NCBI GenBank assembly: GCA_021463865.1
Contig: JAJTXY010000011.1
Coordinates: 1,761-65,760 of the forward strand
Origin: Anaerolineae bacterium
GTDB taxonomy: Bacteria > Chloroflexota > Anaerolineae > Aggregatilineales > J027
Direction of reading: 5' to 3'
DNA length: 64,000 bases
Part shown: piece after piece, positions 57,839 to 64,000 of the stretch
How the letters are laid out: every line of letters starts with the position of its first letter
How positions within the stretch are numbered: the stretch's first letter is position 1
Position numbers and translations under genes: made by a program
Notes under the pieces: model-generated
Told to the model about the DNA's origin: nothing
Database searches by the model: none
Seen by the model: the letters and a program-made list of their open reading frames with translations, nothing else

Positions 57839-59281
57839 CTACGCTGGTGAGACTTCATAAGCGCGTTCGGCGACCATTGTACGCGGGTCGGTGACAACGC
57901 CATTGATAGCCGAAGCTACCGCTGTCAATGGACTGGCAAGGAAGGTTCGACCACCCCGCCCCTGACGCCCCTCAAAATTACGATTGCTAGTGCTGACGGC
58001 ATATTGCCCCGGTTGCAACTGGTCACCATTCATGGCGATACACATGCTGCATCCGGCCTCACGCCATTCCGCCCCAGCTTCAACAAAGACCTTGTGCAAT
58101 CCTTCCGCCTCAGCTTGGCGTTTGACCGTCTGTGACCCCGGTACAACCAACATCCGCACGCCTTCCGCCACCCGATGGCCTTTAATCATCTCGGCGGCTT
58201 GTCGCAAATCACTGATACGGGAATTGGTGCAAGAACCGACAAACACGACATCTACCTTATGTCCCAAAAGCGGCTGACCGGGCTGCAAATCCATATAGGC
58301 CAGTGCTTTGTCGAGGGCCATCTTTTGGCTGTTGTCGCTGATCTGTTTGGGATCGGGGACACGCTCGGTGATGGACATGCCCATGCCCGGATTTGTGCCA
58401 TAGGTAATCATCGGGGCAAGGGTGTTGGCGTCTAAAATCAACTGTTTGTCATAGATCGCGCCTTCATCGGAGGGCAGGGTGCGCCAATAGGCCACCGCTT
58501 TATCCCAGTCCGCGCCTTGTGGGGCATGAGGTCGCCCCTGAATGTAATCAAAGGTTGTTTCGTCGGGGGCAATTAAACCAGCCCGCGCCCCGCCCTCAAT
58601 GCTCATATTACAAATAGTCATGCGTGCTTCCATCGAAAGACTGCGAATGGCGCTGCCCGTATATTCAAAGACATGGCCTGTGCCGCCGCCAATGCCGATG
58701 TTGGCAATCACCGCCAGAATAATATCTTTGGCCGTGACGCCCTCTTGTAATTGACCATCCACACGGATTTCATAGGTACTTGGCTTGTTTTGCAGCAGGG
58801 TTTGGGTCGCCAAGACGTGCGCGACTTCGCTTGTGCCGATGCCAAAGGCCAACGCCCCAAAAGCGCCGTGTGTGCTGGTGTGGCTATCCCCGCAGACAAT
58901 CGTCATCCCCGGCTGTGTCAGGCCAAGTTCTGGCCCGATAACATGCACAATGCCCTGTTTTTCCGTGCCGAGTTCAAATACCGGAATGCCGTGATCGTTG
59001 CAATTGTCCACCAGCGTCTTGAGTTGGGTGACGGCCATCGCATCGGTCACAGGAATCAGGCCATCCGCGCCGCGTGGGGTCGTCGGTGTACTGTGATCCA
59101 TCGTGGCGATGGTCTGAAGCGGACGACGGGCCTTAATTCCACGTTGGCGCAGTTCGGTAAACGCCTGTGGGGAGGTCACTTCATGGACAAGATGAAGGTC
59201 AACATACAACACCGCTGGTGAATTGGGCGGGTGGCTGACGACATGGGCATCCCAGATTTTTTCAAAGAGGGTCTTAGGCAT
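57839..59281 (-). CDS. leuC: 3-isopropylmalate dehydratase large subunit
   Basis: [15 protein letters not shown]...CGDSHT...GSCTNSR... Confidence 0.95.
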   Translation of the reverse strand: MPKTLFEKIWDAHVVSHPPNSPAVLYVDLHLVHEVTSPQAFTELRQRGIKARRPLQTIATMDHSTPTTPRGADGLIPVTDAMAVTQLKTLVDNCNDHGIPVFELGTEKQGIVHVIGPELGLTQPGMTIVCGDSHTSTHGAFGALAFGIGTSEVAHVLATQTLLQNKPSTYEIRVDGQLQEGVTAKDIILAVIANIGIGGGTGHVFEYTGSAIRSLSMEARMTICNMSIEGGARAGLIAPDETTFDYIQGRPHAPQGADWDKAVAYWRTLPSDEGAIYDKQLILDANTLAPMITYGTNPGMGMSITERVPDPKQISDNSQKMALDKALAYMDLQPGQPLLGHKVDVVFVGSCTNSRISDLRQAAEMIKGHRVAEGVRMLVVPGSQTVKRQAEAEGLHKVFVEAGAEWREAGCSMCIAMNGDQLQPGQYAVSTSNRNFEGRQGRGGRTFLASPLTAVASAINGVVTDPRTMVAERAYEVSPA

Positions 59282-59363
59282 CTCACAACTTCCTTGTTAT
59301 ATTTATGTTTGCAATTATAAGAGATGATCTGATCTCATTTTTAAATCAATTTTTTCCATATGA

Positions 59364-59816
59364 TTAATATAAAACTTTAAAACCCACCCAAAATACAATA
59401 AGACATAAAAATAATGCAAAAAATAATATCATTATCGTATCGCTAGACGTATTGGTGCTTGATAGATTCATGTAAAACGCCCCTGATTGAATGCGCATTT
59501 CTCTTTCATAACATTCTGGGCATAATTTTGCATTTGTTGTACTTACATAATCCTTAGTTGACCAATCATCTTCAATAATAGCTCTTTGCATATGATTATT
59601 ACAAATAGGTTTTTTACACCCATAACAACGGTCTATAGTTTGATCATAACAAATATAGCATTTTTCCTTTGTGAGTAGAATTTTCGTCGCACATTCTGAA
59701 CATACGGCTTTAAATTCATTGATTGCAGGGTGTTGTACATAATGTGCTTTACATGCCATCATAAGACAACTAGGGCATGTAAAGACTTCAGGCTGATAGC
59801 AAATGTGACATGGCAT
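59364..59816 (-). CDS. Cys-rich protein with two C-x2-C-x7-C-x2-C-x4-C-x2-H modules and a C-terminal TM anchor (AT-rich insert)
   Basis: CHICYQPEVFTCPSCLMMACKAH and CYICYDQTIDRCYGCKKPICNNH, plus CSEC and CPEC pairs. The C-terminus is IMILFFALFLCLIVFWVGF. The sequence is visibly much more AT-rich than its flanks. Confidence 0.5.
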   Translation of the reverse strand: MPCHICYQPEVFTCPSCLMMACKAHYVQHPAINEFKAVCSECATKILLTKEKCYICYDQTIDRCYGCKKPICNNHMQRAIIEDDWSTKDYVSTTNAKLCPECYEREMRIQSGAFYMNLSSTNTSSDTIMILFFALFLCLIVFWVGFKVLY

Positions 59817-59914
59817 AACTGGGATTCTCCAAAATCATCCAAATTATTAAAAAGGCAGTCAAATAATAGAAAGGATAAGTTACTGTTTTTAGAATTTCGA
59901 CTGCCATAGGAATC

Positions 59915-61534
59915 CTAACTCTCCACTGACACCGCTGCCACGACGCCCTCAGCGGGAATATCACCCATACCGAGGACGGCAATCATGCGGTTAAGAGCTG
60001 CCATATACGCTTTGGCACTTGCCACAATAATGTCAGAATCGGCCCCATAGCCGCCAAAAGTGCGGGGGTCATGGTCGCCATTCTGGGCTGGCGAAATACG
60101 GACGGTCACTTCACCGAGGGCATCAATCCCTTCCGTGACGCTATGCACGCTATATTCAATCAGCACGTTCTTAATCTGGACAACGGCATCAATGGCCCGA
60201 TAGCAGGCATCCACTGGCCCTGTCCCCACTCGTGCCTCAATCTTTTCTTCGCCAGCCGGGGTCTGGATTTTGACTGTGGCGGTGGGCATCCCCATCGTGC
60301 CGCAGGACACTTGCATATCCAGCAGTCTAAAAAATTCCTTTGGCCCTTGAAATTCATCAATCATCAGGGCTTCGAGATCGGCATCGGTCACATTCTTTTT
60401 GGCGTCAGCAACGGCTTTGAATCGGGCAAAAATTTGATTCAGGGCATCCCCTTCGACTTCATAACCCAATTCTTTCAGGCGCACCTTGAGGGCGTGGCGT
60501 CCACTGTGTTTGCCCAATACCAATGAACTGGCGTGAAGGCCCACCGATTGCGGGGTCATGATTTCATAGGTGCTTTTTTCTTTCAGCACGCCATCCTGAT
60601 GAATCCCCGCTTCATGGGCAAAAGCGTTCGCGCCGACAATGGCCTTATTCGGCTGAACAGGCATTCCGGTGTAATTGCTGACGAGGCGGCTGGAACGGGT
60701 AATCTGGGTGGTGTCAATGTTGGTACGCAGACCATAAAATTGAGGGCGGGTTGCCAATGCCATCACCACTTCTTCCAGCGAGGTATTGCCAGCGCGTTCG
60801 CCAATGCCATTGACGGTCACTTCGACCTGACGTGCGCCACCGCGTACCCCTGCCAGCGAATTGGCCGTCGCCAGACCCAAATCATTGTGGCAGTGGACTG
60901 ACCAGATTACGCCACTCCCCGGCCCTGCTCCCGGCGTCTCAGCAATCAGACTAGAAATCAATTCGCCGTATTCATCTGGCGTGACATAACCCACCGTGTC
61001 GGGGATATTGAGGGTGGTCGCCCCACATTCCACCGCAATCGTCAGAATTTGGATCAGAAAAGCCGGGTCGGTGCGGCCTGCATCCATTGGGCTAAATTCG
61101 ACATCATCACACAGCGAACGGGCCAGTGTCACCATTTCGCCCACGGTGTCGAGGGCTTGGGCCTGCGTCATGCGGGTCTGATATTTCAGATGAATATCGC
61201 TGACCCCTAAAAAAGTGTGAATACGGGGATGGGCAGCCTCACGCACGGCTTCATAACAGGCGCGGATGTCTTTTTCGACGGCGCGGGCCAAGCCACAAAT
61301 CACCGGGCCATCTTCCGTCCCGACCTCTTGGGCAATACGGCGCACCGCCTCAAAATCATCAGGGCTGGCGGCTGGAAAACCCGCCTCAATAATGTCTACC
61401 CCCATACGGGATAACTGACGGGCGATTTCCAGTTTTTCAGCACTGGTCAGGCTGGCGCCCGGTGATTGTTCACCGTCACGCAGGGTGGTATCAAAAATGC
61501 GTACTACACTGTCATCCATAACTTTCGTACTCAT
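59915..61534 (-). CDS. leuA: 2-isopropylmalate synthase
   Basis: [15 protein letters not shown]...[16 protein letters not shown]..., with a C-terminal LeuA dimerisation/regulatory domain. Confidence 0.9.
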   Translation of the reverse strand: MSTKVMDDSVVRIFDTTLRDGEQSPGASLTSAEKLEIARQLSRMGVDIIEAGFPAASPDDFEAVRRIAQEVGTEDGPVICGLARAVEKDIRACYEAVREAAHPRIHTFLGVSDIHLKYQTRMTQAQALDTVGEMVTLARSLCDDVEFSPMDAGRTDPAFLIQILTIAVECGATTLNIPDTVGYVTPDEYGELISSLIAETPGAGPGSGVIWSVHCHNDLGLATANSLAGVRGGARQVEVTVNGIGERAGNTSLEEVVMALATRPQFYGLRTNIDTTQITRSSRLVSNYTGMPVQPNKAIVGANAFAHEAGIHQDGVLKEKSTYEIMTPQSVGLHASSLVLGKHSGRHALKVRLKELGYEVEGDALNQIFARFKAVADAKKNVTDADLEALMIDEFQGPKEFFRLLDMQVSCGTMGMPTATVKIQTPAGEEKIEARVGTGPVDACYRAIDAVVQIKNVLIEYSVHSVTEGIDALGEVTVRISPAQNGDHDPRTFGGYGADSDIIVASAKAYMAALNRMIAVLGMGDIPAEGVVAAVSVES

Positions 61535-61661
61535 GGTCGGGTGATCCTTTTTGACTGTTGATTAAGCGAATACGTGCAAAACATGGCAAACCCCTAAGCT
61601 CATAAAGGCCATCCTCTGCCATCCAGAACCACCCCCTTTCATCCTCTCGTCAATTGACCGA

Positions 61662-62672
61662 TTATTCTTGTTTGATAGATTTCGGATTGATAAACGGCAT
61701 CATACCACGTAGTTCTTGGCCCACCTGTTCAATCATGTGGTTATGTTCTTCTTTGCGGCGACCATTGAACCACGGACGACCATCTTTGTTCTCTTTTATC
61801 CAGCGTTGCGCAAACGTGCCATCTTGGATTTCATGCAGAATGCCAGACATTTCTTCGCGGATGGCATCCGGTACAATGCGTTCGCCGGAGACATATCCAC
61901 CATATTCGGCGGTATCGCTGACGCTATACCACATATAAGACAACCCGCCTTGATAAATCAGGTCTACGATTAATTTCAGTTCATGCAGACATTCAAAATA
62001 GGCGATTTCCGGTTGATAGCCTGCCTTGACCAGTGTTTCAAAGCTGGCACGGATTAGACCCGCAACCCCGCCGCACAAGACCACTTGCTCCCCAAAGAGG
62101 TCGGTTTCGGTTTCTTCGGTGAAAGTGGTCTGGATAACACCGGCCCGCGTACAACCAATCCCTCTGGCATAGGCCAGCGCATTGGCGAGGGCTTCTCCGC
62201 TGGCATCTTGTTCAACCGCCACCAGACCGGGAGTGCCACCACCTTCAGTGTAGACTTCCCGTACACGATGACCGGGGGCTTTGGGTGCAACCATGCTGAC
62301 ATCCACACCTGCCGGAGGTTTGATTTGCCCATAGCGGATATTGAAGCCATGCGCGAACATGAGGGTGTTGCCGGGTTGCAGGTTCGGCGCGATTTCTTTG
62401 TGATAAACCTCAGCCTGAAGGGTGTCGGGGATGAGGATCATCACGACATCACCCTGTTTAGCGGCCTCGGCAACAGTGAGTACGGTGAGGCCATCAGCAG
62501 TGGCTTTGGCGCGGCTTTTGCTGCTTTCATGCAGTCCCACGACCACCTTGACCCCACTGTCCCGCAAATTGAGCGCGTGGGCATGACCCTGACTTCCATA
62601 ACCGATAATTGCGACTGTCTTGCCTTCCAACCGTTTCAGATCGGCGTCTTTATCATAAAAAATAGTTGCCAT
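61662..62672 (-). CDS. ilvC: ketol-acid reductoisomerase
   Basis: [21 protein letters not shown]... Confidence 0.95.
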   Translation of the reverse strand: MATIFYDKDADLKRLEGKTVAIIGYGSQGHAHALNLRDSGVKVVVGLHESSKSRAKATADGLTVLTVAEAAKQGDVVMILIPDTLQAEVYHKEIAPNLQPGNTLMFAHGFNIRYGQIKPPAGVDVSMVAPKAPGHRVREVYTEGGGTPGLVAVEQDASGEALANALAYARGIGCTRAGVIQTTFTEETETDLFGEQVVLCGGVAGLIRASFETLVKAGYQPEIAYFECLHELKLIVDLIYQGGLSYMWYSVSDTAEYGGYVSGERIVPDAIREEMSGILHEIQDGTFAQRWIKENKDGRPWFNGRRKEEHNHMIEQVGQELRGMMPFINPKSIKQE

Positions 62673-62720
62673 CTTGCTTGCGTTCCTTATGTGATTGAGA
62701 AAAATAAATGCGTTATCTGG

Positions 62721-63293
62721 CTATTCGTCGTCATGTCCCGCCGACCCGCCGCCATTGACCGACGGGGCATAGGCCGCAAAACGGGTGGATTTATAGTCGC
62801 GCTGTTCCATTGTGCGAATGCCGCGCCCCATGCTGACCCGTCCGGTTCGCACCATCTCAACAATTTCAAATTGGTGGAGGGCCTCTACAAAACTTTCAAC
62901 ACTTTCCTCGGCCCCGGCCAGTTCCACAATCGTCACTTCTGGGCCAATATCTACCAAGCGTGCGCCGCGTTCATAACAGAGGTCGGTGACGGCATTACGG
63001 GCATACGCATCGGGGGTTCTGACCTTAACCAGTGCCAAGTCGCGGTTAATGGTGGGAATATTGGTGACATCCTGTACTTCGATCACGTCAATCAGCTTGT
63101 ACAGCATCATGACGACCTTTTTGCCGTCCCCCGGTTCGGCTTCCATCACCACCGTGATACGCGAAATATCAGGGTTATGGGTGCGGCCAACGGTCAAGCT
63201 ATCCATATTAAAGTTGCGGCGGCGGAACAGGCTGACCACGCGGTTTAGCACACCGGGCTTGTTTTCGACCAAACAGATTAGGGTATGTTTCAT
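62721..63293 (-). CDS. ilvN: acetolactate synthase small (regulatory) subunit
   Basis: HTLICLVENKPGVLNRVVSLFRRRNFNMDSLTVG (ACT domain). Confidence 0.9.
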   Translation of the reverse strand: MKHTLICLVENKPGVLNRVVSLFRRRNFNMDSLTVGRTHNPDISRITVVMEAEPGDGKKVVMMLYKLIDVIEVQDVTNIPTINRDLALVKVRTPDAYARNAVTDLCYERGARLVDIGPEVTIVELAGAEESVESFVEALHQFEIVEMVRTGRVSMGRGIRTMEQRDYKSTRFAAYAPSVNGGGSAGHDDE

Positions 63294-63408
63294 CTTTTCT
63301 TTCTCCTGATACCTCAGCTATCTCATAAATCCCCCTTCCCATCACCCCCGGCTCGGTTCTAGCTCTACCGTCAATCACCGGAGGTGTGGGTTGGTTAGGA
63401 GGAGCACT

Positions 63409-64000
63409 TCAGATAGCTGTCGGATTATTTTCAAAATCGGGCGATTCACTTGGCTTGGGGCGGCGGATCATGGCATGTAGGTCTGCCCCGGCGGGTACCA
63501 TCGGGTACACAATATCGTTTTGAACGACCACAAATTCAATCAACGTCGGGCCATCAATGCTGCGTGCCCACTGCACAGCCTCTTCGATTTCCTCTTTGGT
63601 GCTGACCCGTCGCGCGGGAATATCATAGGCGGCAGCCAGCTTCACAAAGTCAGGATTTTTCAGCGGGGTGGATTGGTAACGTTCCTCATAAAAGAATTCC
63701 TGCCATTGGCGCACCATCCCCAAGAACGAATTGTTAATAATGGCGATGTTAATGTTGACATGCTCCTGCATCGCAGTGCCGAGTTCGGTCAGCGTCATTT
63801 GGAATCCGCCATCGCCAACAATTGCCCAAACTTCCTCGTCAGGGCGACCCAATTTTGCACCAATCGCGGCGGGCATCCCAAAGCCCATTGTGCCCAAACC
63901 ACCACTCGTCAAAAGGCTGTGCGGGCGGGTGTGCGGATAATATTGAGCTTCCAACATTTGATGCTGACCCACATCGCTGACAGTGAGCGCTTTGCCTTCT
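63409..64000 (-). CDS. ilvB: acetolactate synthase large subunit, C-terminal part (partial, continues beyond right edge)
   Basis: GGLGTMGFGMPAAIGAKL...VGDGGFQMT is a ThDP-binding motif. The frame is open to position 64000. Confidence 0.9.
   Translation of the reverse strand, partial: EGKALTVSDVGQHQMLEAQYYPHTRPHSLLTSGGLGTMGFGMPAAIGAKLGRPDEEVWAIVGDGGFQMTLTELGTAMQEHVNINIAIINNSFLGMVRQWQEFFYEERYQSTPLKNPDFVKLAAAYDIPARRVSTKEEIEEAVQWARSIDGPTLIEFVVVQNDIVYPMVPAGADLHAMIRRPKPSESPDFENNPTAI

Noticed and set aside
61535-61661. Possible T-box or leader-peptide attenuator between ilvC and leuA (GGGGGUGGUUCUGG..., ATGGCA...TGCCAT-GTTTTG)
   Set aside because: It has no UGGNACCGCG box, no specifier-type Stem I and no Leu-rich mini-ORF. 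There is only a weak hairpin.
62085-63248. 387-aa plus-strand ORF spanning the ilvC/ilvN region
   Set aside because: It runs antisense across two strongly recognisable minus-strand genes and their intergenic gap, and its composition is odd (His/Gly/Phe-rich). It is a shadow ORF.

Overview
This window looks like 64 kb of bacterial chromosome. The gene content suggests Chloroflexota: an LCP protein, a T-box leader, a cimA-containing ilv/leu operon, many Pro/Thr-rich secreted proteins and an orphan mevalonate-pathway decarboxylase. That assignment is inference only; I could run no searches. Layout: (1) 1-8.9 kb is one long minus-strand, translationally coupled operon of plasmid/phage-type genes: primase zinc finger, XRE HTH, zinc ribbon, PD-(D/E)xK-like nuclease, a large replication-type protein, ParB-like, ParA and acidic hypotheticals. 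No integrase or element end is in view. (2) 9-26 kb is housekeeping: mevalonate-PP decarboxylase homolog, tRNA-Leu(UAA), a fused RsbW-like/GAF/GAF/PP2C signalling protein, fhs, leuS, LCP protein, a frameshifted RDD gene and an M24 peptidase. (3) 26.9-35.4 kb holds four tandem paralogous GT-C (GT39/ArnT-like) membrane glycosyltransferases, with a GNAT between the first two and a YegS-type lipid kinase at the end. (4) 35-53 kb holds tRNA-Gln(UUG), secreted, lipoprotein, LysM and protease genes, CYTH, NUDIX, a PRTase and P5C dehydrogenase. (5) 53.4-64 kb is a minus-strand ilvB-ilvN-ilvC-leuA-leuC-leuD-cimA-leuB operon interrupted by non-pathway genes. The strongest observation is upstream of leuS. 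All hallmark elements of a Leu(CUC) T-box riboswitch are readable. A complete, canonical tRNA-Ala(GGC) gene with encoded CCA sits inside the leader, between the Stem I/II region and the antiterminator. A small ORF and a second intrinsic terminator then directly abut the leuS RBS. Other notable points are a GC-rich palindromic repeat family present in-frame inside three CDSs of the mobile module, an AT-rich Cys-rich zinc-finger-like ORF inserted in the leu operon, and 38-bp iteron-like repeats. All functional calls rest on motif recognition by eye. RNA and terminator coordinates are good to a few nt, and several CDS starts are uncertain.
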